The translations under genes were made by a program, and so were the position numbers. Positions 13,649 through 26,189 of a stretch of DNA of 64,000 nt are shown here, piece after piece. The stretch lies in assembly GCF_009914755.1 (NCBI RefSeq), contig NC_060925.1; one strand, written 5' to 3'. Below the pieces are notes generated by a model, which was not told where the DNA came from, ran no database searches, and saw only the letters and a list, made by a program, of their open reading frames with translations. The DNA is from the human T2T-CHM13v2.0 reference genome, Homo sapiens. Each line of letters starts with the position of its first letter. Positions within the stretch are counted from its first letter, which is position 1.

Positions 13649-15116
13649 TTTAAAAGTCAGTCTTGTATTAATGGGTATTCTTTTTTAGTTTTAACTTGCA
13701 AATCTCTCTAAGAAATTAACGACTTTTAGACATGTTTGGTAGACTTCATAAGTTTCAGATGCAACATCATAACCTTCAAAAGATCTGTGCTTTGAAGATA
13801 TAATAGTTACTCCATGTTACAGTTTGGAGGAAGATAGGTGGAGGTAACAGGTGGGGTGGACAGAGCCTAAGTGACTTGCTCAGGGTTACCAACATGATCG
13901 GGGCTTCCAGGGTTTTAAAGTTTAAAATTTCACGTGGATGACATGTTCTATCCTAGAATGTAGAGGGCAAAGAATGGGAAGGTAACTATAGAAACAAACA
14001 GCTTAGCTACTAAAAGTGAATATTAAATAAATTAAAATAAGTAGTTTGGAAGGTCATATCTATAGGTTAAATGAGAATTTAGGACAGTGCAGAAGAATTC
14101 CCCACCATGATCCTCTCCCCATCTTTTAGTCTATCCCAGTGGAGCTTCAGTTTTATTGTGCTCTCCAGCATTCATTCCAGAAATTTGCAGGAAGTTGTCT
14201 TAGAAATGGGATGGAAGCCAGCTATGTTATCTCTCCAAGCTTCCCCAGTGTGACCCTGATTTTATCCTGGAGCCAATTTTATACATTCCTTTCTTTCCTC
14301 ATCCCATCTGCCCATCATAAGCTGCCCCTGATCTCCACTCATCATGGGTGGCTAAACATTATTGCATAATCGGTCCTGGCCATAAAACTAGAAGCACAGC
14401 CACATCTTCAGGATCATAGCAATGCCAAAGTGAACATTCCTATGCAAATACCCTGTTGAACATGTGCAAGTGTGTGTAGAATGGGTTTCTTCAGCTCTAC
14501 TTTCAACGAAGGGGTGAGGATAAGTACTACCAAGAGGGTTACAACGGAGGACGGAAGATCTGGGTCCAAGATCCTGCTCTACTGCAGCAGCACTGAGCTG
14601 GCAGAAAGCAGCAGGCAAACACCTCCTTTGCCTTCTTATTAGGGAATGTGGAAAGGCACCGCACAGGGAAGCGAGGCAAAGCAAGAAAAAGTGAGCAGCT
14701 TCCCTCACAGCAGCAACCAAGTCACACTGCAGATGGTTAGACAGGCAGGCCTGCATTCAAGATCAAGTTAACATTGAGCAGAGACTGCCTTCCACCTGCA
14801 AACCAGGGAAAGGAAAGGAAATGGGCTTTGTTATCATTGGCCTTATTGACCAGTGGCTCTCCCTTTTTTATCTCCAGAACTCATTTGTTGTCCAGACACC
14901 CTACATCTGCCTGTAATTGAAGCCAAAGGTAGAAGGTTAGAAGACCGGCAGCTTAGGGACATAAGCAGCGGGGCTCTTGCCTGGATACGGTGCCAGAGAC
15001 TTGCTGTCTGCTCTTTTCTTCTACCATCCTATCCCTCTCCCCAAGGGCTCTACAACAATAGGCTTTTAGTGGGATAAAGAGCCTTAGAACCATCCAAATC
15101 CATCCTAAACTATAGG

Positions 15117-15566
15117 TGTATCAGTCAGGGTTCTCCAGAGAAGGACCACCAGTAGAAGATATATAAAAAGAGTTTTTTATAACATATTGGCTCATGCAAT
15201 TATGGAGACTGAGAAGTCCCATGATCTGCTGTCTGCAAGCTGGAGACCCAGGAAAGCCAGTTGTGTGGTTTGAAGGCCTGAAAGCCAGAGACCTGGTGGT
15301 GTAGATTCCATTCCAATTCTAAAAGCCTGAGAACCAGGAGAGCTGAGGGCAGGAGAAAATGGATGTTCCAGCTCAAGCAGTCAGGCAGAATTAATTCAAC
15401 TTGCCTCTACCTTTTTGTTCTATTGAGACCCTCAATGGATTAGATGATGCTATCTGCCTTTCTCAGTTCACCAACTCAAATGCTAACCTCTTCCAGAAAT
15501 AATGTTTAAACGGCTATCTGGGCATCCTGTGGCCCAGTCAAGTTGATGGATAAAATCAACCATCCT
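15117..15566 (-). mobile_element. MLT2B-like ERV-L LTR
   Basis: TGTATCAGTCAGGGTTCTCCAGAG...GCAAGCTGGAGACCCAGG...GGCCCAGTCAAGTTGA. Confidence 0.85.
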
Positions 15567-17233
15567 AGTGGGTAGAACAAATACAACTCCCAAGAGGGAG
15601 ACAGGGGCAATCTTTAAGGACAGTGCTTTCTCTGGAGGAAACTCTGTACTAAGTTTGTTCAATACAGGGTGGTTCCTGACTTGGATTCATGAGAAGCAGA
15701 CCTTGAGTCAAGGATTCATATGCAAGTGATGAGTTATGGAAGTGCTAATGAATGAGTGGGGCAGCCAGAAAGGGAAGAGAAGTCAAGGGAGAGTGTACTT
15801 TTAGGCAAAATCCTAGCTTTAGCTTGATGATGCAGAGGAGCTTTGAAATGTACATTACACCTCCAAGTATGTCCCAACTCAAGGGAAAGAGCTGGGTTTT
15901 CATAACACGTCCCACCTGTCATCTGCTAAGGCCCACCCCAAAGGAACCTAAATTCCCAGGCAATTCTGGCTGTCTGCTGGTGTGAGCAAAGTGACTCAGG
16001 ACTGTAGTCTCAAGAGAGCCACAGGTGTGGCCATCAGGAAAAAAGCATATAGAAGTCAAAGGATGGCCACAGACACAGCCAGAATCCAAGGGAATCTGGG
16101 TAGGAGGAGGGAGGAAGCACCACCTTAAAGAAGAGTATGATGGAAAGCAGGAAAAACGGAATCTATTCCACACACATATTTGCACATGTTCAAAAGGGTA
16201 CATGCCCAAGAATGTTCATTCCAGCACTGTTTTTAGATAGCAAAGAAAATAAAAATAAAAAGTTGGAAACCACCTAAATATCCACTAATGGTGGGCTAAA
16301 TAAATCAATTACATGTTCAGATTATATTATTCAGTGAATACAAAAAACATATGAGATTGTTATGCTCTTCAAGCTATATTATTAAATAAAAAACTCAAAT
16401 TGCAGATTAATAATCTTATGCAAAATATTTTTTAAAATTTAAAATTAGATGTGTAAATAAATTTAATTTACACATACCCATGTACAAAAATGCCTAGAAA
16501 AGGGTCTAGAAAAGTATATGCCAAAGTGAGGAGACAGTAGGGTTGCTGTGTCAAAGGGGACTCGTAACATTTTATTCAATAGACTTGATTTTTAGAATAT
16601 TTTCCAGTAACTGTGTTTATGTATTATTCATGTAGTTACAAACAAAATTGCCTTTGTAAAAGCAGGTCTGACATTTTGAAACGTGGATCTGTAACTGATC
16701 TATGAATCACAGGAAAAAATCAAAATTTCTCCATTCCATCCTTACATTTTTGTTGTACCATGCCCTTGACAGAAAGTGGAAGTAATTTCTAAAGGCACCC
16801 TGACCCCCAGGAATCAAGATGGCCAAAAGGCATAATAATTCTCTGTGTTCAGTTGACATTTTTTTATGCAACTAAGTGGACTCTTATCTTTCAATTCTTT
16901 AAGGTTCAAAGGTCTTCCATAAACCTGTTTTGGCAGGAAACATCAAGCTTTGCAAGATGCACATTATATGACCCTCAAGGATGGAGCCTAGGACACTGTT
17001 TCACATTTGGGGTCTTCTCGCAGCCTCTGGTCCATGTTTTCCTCAAGATGGAGGCTGACCCAGTGTTGGTTGGCAGGCTGCCAAAGATTCTTCAGGGACA
17101 TTGGCACTTTGCTTCCTTAAGGGTGCTAGAATACTTACATAAATAAAGAGCTTACTTCTCAAATATATGTAAATCTTAGGGTATTTTGATTTGGATGTAG
17201 CTTGACTTAGTGTAATGTATTCTTGGGTTTTTA

Positions 17234-17627
<394 letters not shown>

Positions 17628-17779
17628 GAAGAAGAAGGGATGAAGAGTAGATAAGTAATTTTGTAGAAACTGAGAGAGGATTCTCCCAGAGATGAAGTTA
17701 CTATATTGTTTTATTCCTTTCTACTGTCTTCTTTGCTAAAATGTTCCCACCTCCCAACTTAATAAAGAAATCCACAACC

Positions 17780-18318
17780 CTGTCTCATGCATAAGTAGCT
17801 ATGACCCATCTCTCTCCTTTCATTCCCAATCAGTAGTTGTGAATGGTTTCCCACGATCATCACCTTCACAGCTATTCAGCTCTTCCACTTGGCTCCACTC
17901 CACATTGCTTACTAAGGTCATTAGTATCTTTACAGTTTCAGAATCAGATGGACATTTTTTATTCTCTTCTCACTTGAGAGGCAGTGTCATGTCATGAAAT
18001 GAACCTCAGCTTGCTCCTTTTTCGAGATTTGACTTAAATGTCACCTGTTTCAGCAAGGCACATGCTGACATGTCTTAGAAGTGTTGGGTACAGTTTTCTC
18101 TTTGTCTTTTTAGTACCGACACATACATTCCATTTAGAACTTTTGTCATTGTCTTATCATGACTTACAGATCTGTCCCCTGCAGTGGCATACGAGGTTCT
18201 TGAGGGCAAAGACTATATCTACATTAATCCTGTCCCAGTGTCCGGCCAATAGAAGGTATTCAGTAATAGCTATTGAGTGAATAAGTTAATGAATGACTGA
18301 ATGAATTAGTAAATGAAT
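17780..18318 (+). mobile_element. L2 fragments
   Basis: L2-type 3' end ...TTGAGTGAATAAGTTAATGAATGACTGAATGAAT. Confidence 0.6.
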
Positions 18319-19295
18319 ACTCATACATAAGTCTGGAAAACAGAGACACGAAAGATAATAATTCTTCAGATAGCTAAGGAAGACATAGCCATAATTTGAA
18401 TTGAGAGGAAGTATAGGAGAATAAAGAAAAAAAAAGGCCAAAGAACCCCAAGTTTGGGTCTAAAAACATAAGCCTAGGATATAAAATACAGAAAAACAAT
18501 TGATCTGGGTAACGATTAATGAGGTCAAACCTTTCGAACTAGGTTCAATAATAATAAAAAGATTTTCCTTTAGCCTCTCTACTTGTACAAGGTACATGAC
18601 TCAAGGCATCATTACCTTGTAGTAAAATAGTTCAACTGCACTCAGCTGACCTTCTGTGTTGATGACTACTAGATAGTAGGACAGGCAAAGGTTTTGGTTC
18701 CAGTGACTCGATTTGTAAAGGAAAAATTCTGCCAGATTCCTTGAGTGCCAGGCAAGAGGCTTTTAGGCAATAATGTCGGAGAATCAATGGTTTAGGGCTA
18801 ATTTAATCAGAAATAACAAAATAAGTATTTGAAGGTGTCAGAACATATTTGAACTTGTATTCAACCAAGAAATATGTATTGGTTGTAAGATCTTAGAAAG
18901 AGGCCCACATCTCTGCCTGGTTCTCACATGCCTCCCCTAAGGATAGCAACGAAAAAGCCATTCTTGGAACAGCACCTGACCATCCACTGCCAATTAGGTC
19001 AGTGTCTTTGCAAGAGATTAGACCCAACTTGGGTCCGTGTCTGGACTTGGTGTTGATGTGCCTATCACAGGTCTGCTCAAGTGAAAGAACCTAAGAACTT
19101 CACCAACTGTTTCTGGATAGGCCTGTCCCAAAATAGGCAGAGAGAACCAAAGCCTGAGGAAATGGTGCTGGTACAATATTAGGCATTATATTATATCAAT
19201 ATTAGATATCAATGACTAGGTATGTGGCATTATTCCCTGCTTTGCACCAGCAGATAAAGCCATGAAGAAACAGGTAAAAAGGTTTATCACCTCTT

Positions 19296-19422
19296 GGCCA
19301 GGTACAGTGGCTCACAACTGTAATCCTAGCTACTTTAGGAGGCTGAAATGGGAGGATCGCTTGAGGCCAGGAGTTCGAGATCAGCCTGGGCAACATATTG
19401 AGTTCCTGTCTCTTAAAAAAAA
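19296..19422 (+). mobile_element. FLAM_C-like Alu monomer
   Basis: Single arm with a short A tail. Confidence 0.8.
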
Positions 19423-19544
19423 GTGGGGGGGTTATCATCTCCTGCTCCTATGGAAAGGCTCACTGGAGTCAGTCAAGTCCTACTGCTTCCATTCTCAACC
19501 TGCTCAGCCCCATGACTGTCTTACACCCATTCTGCGCAGGCAGC

Positions 19545-19755
19545 ATGGACCTGGACATCAGACAGCCTGGGCATATATTAACCCCTGCTTTGTGTGAGTT
19601 AATGATCTAACTCAACAAAACCTTAGTGTCCTAATCAGTGAAATGGAGATAGTATTAGGAAAACCCTCACAGGGTCATTTAGGAGATTGGTCATGATAAT
19701 GGATGTAAAGGGCTTAGTACTCTGCCTCTGCCTTAGTGTTAGTTATTATTATTGG
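19545..19755 (+). mobile_element. MIR
   Basis: MIR core ...AGTGAAATGGAGATAGTA...CACAGGGTC...TGTAAAGGGCTTAG. Confidence 0.65.
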
Positions 19756-20435
19756 TCATGGGGACCACGAGATAGTCTTCCAATCCATGCTTCCAGTGGA
19801 TTGGGAGAGAGGGTTTGTTTATGAGCAGTTTGATTCACTATACACCCACCTAAGTCAACATTGCCTCTTACACACTTTGCAATTTTCTAACAGGTTTTCA
19901 TCTACCATATTCAAGATGGAAACTGTGCCCCAGCCCCACACAGGCTGCCCATGCCTCTTGATATGTTAAACTCCCATACATATCCTCACTCACCCGCAGT
20001 TGCATTCCCCAATATTCTTGAGCCCAATGTAGGGGCAGAAATAAAAAGGCTAGCTTAGCCACCATACCAGTTAGAGTCAATCAGGGAGGCAGAATCACTA
20101 GGATATGTGTGCACACATGTGTTTGCATTTGTGTGTGTGAATATGGATTTGTTACATAGATTGCACCTTGCACAATTGTGGGATGAATTGTGTAGTCTCT
20201 ATAAAGCCTAAAAAACATTGCTGTTATAAAACAATAGTTTTATGGGGCCATTAAAATATATTTACCCATACAATTTCACTTTATTTCTTCTTTATTCCTT
20301 GCATCTCTGAACTCCTGTCTAATATCATCTTCCTCCTCCTTAAAGAACATCCTTTAGAATTTCCCTTAATTCTCTAAAGTGGCATCAAATTTTGTAGTCT
20401 AAAAATGTCTTTATTTAGCCTTCACCTTTTGAATA

Positions 20436-21322
20436 TAGGAAAAACAAACTCTTTTCCTCTAAACTCATACCCAACACTTCTGTGACCAGGTATGTGGGTT
20501 TTTGTGGGGTTTTTTTCCATACCAACCAATTCTCCAATTCTCTGGATACCAACTGAGTGTCCTATAATTCATTTGAATTCTGACACTGTCTACCTGGAAT
20601 TAGTGTCAGACCCCACAGGTTAAAAGTCCTACAAGACTACCCCCACTTCAGATGCCAATCAAAAGCCCAGGTGGTTGTCATCTGTCCATCCGTGTTCCTC
20701 ACCAACTGGCTATAAATTGGAGGTTCCCATGATCCCCTCCTTGCAGTCAATTATTTGCTAAATTGGCTCACAGAACTTAGGAAACACCTATGTTTACTAG
20801 TTTATTATATGGGTTACAGATGAACAGCCAGATGATGAAGTACACATGGCAGGGTCTGAAAGAGTTGGGGTGTGCCACCCTGCTGACACATGCATGTAGT
20901 CCTCAACTGGGAAGCTCTGCAATCCCTATAGTTCAGGGATTTTTATGAAGACTTCATCACACAGGAATGACTGGTTACAAACTCAAGCTCCAGGTCCTCT
21001 TCCCATCCCAAAGGATGAGGTCGAGGGTGGGACTGACAATTCCAAGATTCTAATCACAACTTGGTCTTCTGGTGACCAGCCCCCAACCAGAAGCCCACTG
21101 ACAGTCACCTCACTAGAACAAAAGATGCTTTTATCACCCAAGAAACTCAAAGGGATTAAGAGTTCTGTGTCAGAAATTGGGGTCAAAGACCAAGTATTAG
21201 AACAAAAGATGTTACTAGCACCTCTATAGCTGAGGAAATTACAAGGCTTTAGGAGCTCTGTGCCAGGAAATAGGGAAAAAGACTAAAATATACATTTTTT
21301 AATTATGAATCACAATATCATG
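20436..21322 (-). mobile_element. MER21 LTR
   Basis: AACACTTCTGTGACCAG...TCTGACACTGTCTACCTGGA...GAATCACAATATCA. Confidence 0.8.
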
Positions 21323-22283
21323 TTCTTAAAACATATTTTAGCTGGAGGGATGTGTGTGTATGTGTGTGTGTATGTGCACTTTCTCTTAGTACACTTGAAA
21401 ACACAATTTTGCTGTCATCCCACTTCTATTGCTGCTGTTGAGACCTGTTGAATGTATTGCTGCTCCTTTGAAGGTACTCTCTCTTTTCTCTCTGATTCCT
21501 TCTAAGATCTCTTTGCAATTGGTATTCTGCAGTTCCACTATGTTAAGTACTTTTCAGACTTACTGTATATGGATTTTTATCTTTTGAAAGTTTGTGAAAA
21601 TGTTCAGCCATTATCTTATCAAATATGATATCTGTCTTATTATTTCTTTTCTTTGCTTCTGAAAGGTTTGTTACACCCATATTAAACTTTATTATTCTAC
21701 ATTTCTTGCTCCATAACTTTGCTTTCAAATGTTCCATGGCTTTCCCTTTCTATGCGGTATTTTGTGTAAATCAAGAGCTATACTCCTATTCACCAATTCT
21801 CTCTTTAGTCATGTCTAATATGGGTGGTGTCAAATTCATTGATGCAGATTTTTATTTCAATTATTACATTTATTTTTAGACATTCTATTTCATTCTCTTT
21901 CAAATCTCTTTAGACATTAAAGTTTGTCTATTTTTTAAACATTAAAAGAATTTTAATTCTGTGTCTGATAATTCCAGTATCTAAGGTCTTTGCAGGTCAG
22001 TTTCTATTGTTTGTTGTTTCTGCTTATTCACCTCATAGTACCTTGTTTCCTTAAATGTTTATTATATTCTTCTGTGAGCTACTTGTTTTCCTTGGAAATT
22101 TATTTGAGGAAATTCTTTGATGTCTGGAATTAAGGCAGATTCTTTCCTAAAGGATTTATACTTACTTTTGTCAGATGCCTGGGAAACCACTAGTCCAGCG
22201 TCCCTTGAAGCTAAATTTTCACCCTAAGTGTGTTGTTATTATTGTTGTTGTTTTAACTAGATAGTTTGAATCTGTGCTGCAAG

Positions 22284-22802
22284 TGAGACAGGAATTAAGC
22301 AGGACTTGTTTTACAGGACCCTGCTGATAAGACAATGTGCAAAAAAGAAGCTGGCCAAAACACATCAAAACCAAGACAGCAACAAAAGTGACCGCACTGC
22401 TCATGATACATTAATTGTAATATATTAGCATGCTAAAAGACACTCCCACCAATGCCATGACAGTTTACAAATGCCAAGGCAATACCCAGAAATTACCTTA
22501 TATGTTCTAAAAGGAAAAAGAACCCTCAGTTCTGGGAAATCCTCACCCTTTCCCTGGAAAACTCATGAATAATCCACCACAGCTTCATTAAGTCATCAAG
22601 AAATAACCACACAAATAGCCAATCAGCAGGCTATAAGGGTTGCTCTGCCTATAATGTAGCCACGCTTTCATTCCTTTGCTTTCTTTATAAACTTGCTTTC
22701 ACTTCACTTTGTCAGCTTGCTCTTGAATTCCTTCCTACGTGGAGTCAAGGACCCATGTGGCTTCCTGGGCTGAGCCCCACTTTTGGAGTTTGCCCTGAAC
22801 CA
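22284..22802 (+). mobile_element. MER41 solo LTR
   Basis: TGAGACAGG...AGCATGCTAAAAGACACTCCCACCA...CATGACAGTTTACAAATGCCA...CA, with TSD CAAG. Confidence 0.85.
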
Positions 22803-23717
22803 CAAGTGTGCGTGGTTACAACTTTGCAGAGGTGGGTTTTCCCAGCTCTGTCCTGCACCAGGGAGCTGGGCAATTTTCCTTGCAATGCTAAAGTGTGGTA
22901 ATGGGAGAGGTGGGTATTGTTGATGGAATGAAAGCCAAACTCTGTACAATATTTAAAGAGGTTTATTCTGAGTCAAATACGAGTCACCATGGCCTGTAGC
23001 ACAGCCTCAAAAAGTCCTGAGAACACATGCTCAAGGTGGCTGGGTTACAGCTTGGTTTTATACATTTTAGAGAGACAGAAATTATAGGCTAAGACATAAA
23101 TTAATACATGTAAGGTATACATTGGTTTGGCCCAGAAAGGTGGGACATCTCAAAGTGGGAACTTACAGGTCATAGGTGGATTCAAAGATTCTCTAATTGG
23201 CAATTGGTTGAAAGAGCTAAGCTCTGCCTAAAGAGTTGAAGTCAGCAGAAAGAAATGCTTGAGTTAAGATAAGGAGTGTGGTATAGGCCAAGGTTCTTGT
23301 TATGTAGATGAAGCTTCCAGGTAGCAGGCTTCAGAGAGAATAGATTGTAAATGTCTCCTTTTGGATCTTAAAAGGTGTCAGATTCTCAGTTAAATCTCTT
23401 TTTGATCAGGAAAAGACCTAGAAAGGGAAGGTGCTTCTCTACAAAATGCAGATTTCCCCCACAAAAGAAGGCTTTGCAGGACCACTTCAAAATACATCAA
23501 AGAAATAGACTTTGGGGCAAAATATTTTCATTTCCTTTAGGGCATGTTGTCATGTGATGCCATACAAGAGTCATTTCAGAATTTGGTATCTTATTGCCAC
23601 AAAAAGTCTGTTTTGTCCATCTTATGATCTCTATTTTAATGCTAATTCTGGTCAGTTGTGCCTAAACTCCAAAGGGAAGGGTATAACGCATCTGACCTCC
23701 CTTCCCATCATAGCCTG

Positions 23718-24150
23718 TGTCAGGTCTCTGAGCCCAAGCCAAGCCATCGCATCCCCTGTGACTTGCACATATATGCCCAGATGGCCTGAAGTAACTGAAG
23801 AATCACAAAAGAAGTGAAAAGGCCCTGCCCTGCCTTAACTGATGACATTCCACCATTGTGATTTGTTCCTGCCCCACCTTAACTGAGTGATTAACCCTGT
23901 GAATTTCCTTCTCCTGGCTCAGAAGCTCCCCCACTGAGCACCTTGTGACCCCCGCCCCTGCCCACCAGAGAACAACCCCCTTTGACTGTAATTTTCCATT
24001 ACCTTCCCAAATCCTATAAAACGGCCCCACCCCATCTCCCTTTGCTGACTCTCTTTTCAGACTCAGACCACCTGCACCCAGGTGAAATAAACAGCTTTAT
24101 TGCTCACACAAAGCCTGTTTGGTGCTCTCTTCACATGGACATGCATGAGA
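23718..24150 (+). promoter_or_regulatory. 5' LTR7 (HERV-H promoter)
   Basis: 433 bp with a TATA-like CCTATAAAA and AATAAA. About 17 substitutions and 1 indel versus the 3' LTR (manual count). Confidence 0.95.
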
Positions 24151-24152
24151 TT

Positions 24153-24170
24153 TGGTGCCGTGACTCGGAT
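24153..24170 (+). other. Primer binding site, tRNA-His
   Basis: TGGTGCCGTGACTCGGAT directly after the 5' LTR; this PBS defines HERV-H. Confidence 0.95.
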
Positions 24171-24293
24171 CAGGAGACCTCCCTTGGGAGATCAATCCCC
24201 TGTCCTGCTGCTCTTTGCTCCGTGAGAAAGATCCACGTACAACCTCAGGTCCTCAGACCAACCAGCCCAAGAAACATCTCACCAATTTCAAAT

Positions 24294-24302
24294 CTGGTAA
24301 GC
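24294..24302 (+). promoter_or_regulatory. HERV-H major splice donor
   Basis: CTG|GTAAGC about 145 bp after the LTR, where the known HERV-H leader donor lies. Confidence 0.7.
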
Positions 24303-24757
24303 AGCCTCTTTTTACTCTCTTCTCCAACCTCCCTCACTATCCCTCGACCTCTTTCTCCTTTCAATCTTGTTGCCACACTTCAATCTCTCCCTTCTCTTGA
24401 TTTCAATTCCTTTCACTTTCTGGTAGAGATAAAGGAGACACATTTTATCCGTGGACCCAAAACTCCGGCGCCGGTCACGGACTAGGGAAAGCAGCCTTCC
24501 CTTGGTGTTTAATCATTGCAGGGATGCCTCTCTGATTATTCACCCAGGTTTCAGAGGTGTCAGACCACGCAGGGATGCCTGCCTTGGTCCTTCACCCTTA
24601 GCAGCAAGTCCCACTTTTGTGGGGAAGGGGCAAGTACCCCAACCCCTTCTCTCCATGTCTCTACCTCTTCTCCACCTTTCTGGGGGGCAAGAAATCCCCA
24701 ACCCCTTCTCCTTCACCCTTAGCAGCAAGTCCCACTTTTCTGGGGGAGGGGCAAATA

Positions 24758-24915
24758 CCCCAACCCCTTATATCTCTGTGCCCCGATCCCTTATTTCCAC
24801 GCCCCAACCTCTTATATCTCTGTGCCCTGATCCCTTATTTCCACACCCCAACCTCTTATATCTCTGCGCCCTGATCCCTTATTTCCACAGCCTGACCTCG
24901 TATCTCTGTGCCCTG
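24758..24915 (+). repeat. HERV-H leader tandem repeat (~43-bp unit, ~3.5 copies)
   Basis: Repeats of CCCCAACCTCTTATATCTCTGTGCCCTGATCCCTTATTTCCAC. Confidence 0.85.
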
Positions 24916-24999
24916 ACCCCTTTCCAGCTTTTCTGGAGGGTAAGAACCCCCAAACCCCTTCCCTCTCTGTCTCTACTCTCTCTTTTCTTTAGACTTGCC

Positions 25000-26185
25000 T
25001 CCTTCACTATAGGCAACCTTCCACCCTCCATTCCTCCTTCTTCTCCCTTAGCCTGTGTTCTTAAGAACTTAAAACCTCTTCAACTCTCACCTGACTTAAA
25101 ACCTAAATGCCTTATTTTCTTCTGCAATGCTGCTTGACCCCAATACAAACTCGACAGTAGTTTCAAATAGCTGGAAAATGGCACTTTCAATTTTTCCATC
25201 CTACAAGATCTAAATAATTCTTGTCGTAAAATGGGCAAATGGTCTGAGGTGCCTGACATCCAGGCATTCTTTTACACATCAGTCCCTTCCTAGTCTCTGT
25301 GCCCAGTGCAACTCGTCCCAAATCTTCCTTCTTTCCCTCCCTCAGTCCCAACCCCAAGCATCACTGAGTCTTTCTAATCTTCCTTTTCTACAGACCCATC
25401 TGACCTCTCCCCTCCTCACCAGGCCGAGCTAGGTCCCAATTCTTCCTCAGCCTCTGCTCCTTCACCCTATAATCTTTTTATCACCTCCCCTCCTCACACC
25501 TGGTCCGGCTTACAGTTTCCTTCCATGACTAGCCCTCCCCCACCTGCCCAGCAATTTACTCTTAAAAAGGTGGCTGGAGCTAAAGGCATAGTCAAAGTTA
25601 ATGCTCCTTTTTCTTTATCCCAAATCAGATAGCGTTTAGGCTCTTTTTCATCAAATATAAAAATCCAGCCCAGTTCATGGCTTGTTTGGTGGTAACCCTG
25701 AGAGGCTTTACAGCCCTAGACCCTAAAAGGTCAAAAGGCCATCTTATTCTCAATATACATTTTATTACCCAATCTGCTCCCGACATTAAATAAAACTCCA
25801 AAAATTAGAATCTGGCCCTCAAACCCCACAACAGGACTTAATTAACCTCACCTTCAAGGTGTACAATAATAGAAAAAAGTTGCAATTCCTTGCCTCCACT
25901 GTGAGACAAACCCCAGCCACATCTCCAGCACACAAGAACTTCCAAATGCCTGAACCACAGCAGCCAGGTGTTCCTCCAGAACCTCCTCCCCCAGGAGCTT
26001 GCTACAAGTGCCAGAAATCTGACCCCCAGGCCAAGGAATGTCTGCAGCCCAGGATTCCCCCTAAGCCATGTCCCATCTGTGCGGGACCCCACTGGAGATC
26101 AGACTGTTCAACTCACCTGGCAGCCACTCCCAGAGCCCTGAGAACTCTGGCCCAAGGCTCTCTGACTGACTCCTTCTCGGCTTAG
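25000..26185 (+). pseudogene. gag: HERV-H gag remnant
   Basis: ORF 25859-26185 has NC zinc knuckles CYKCQKSDPQAKEC (degenerate) and CPICAGPHWRSDC. The upstream part is broken and the start is approximate. Confidence 0.85.
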
Positions 26186-26189
26186 CGAC

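Noticed and set aside
24451-25137. 228-aa ORF in the HERV-H leader
   Set aside because: It starts at GTG, runs through C-rich leader repeats and has no recognisable domain; open frames in this stop-poor region are expected.
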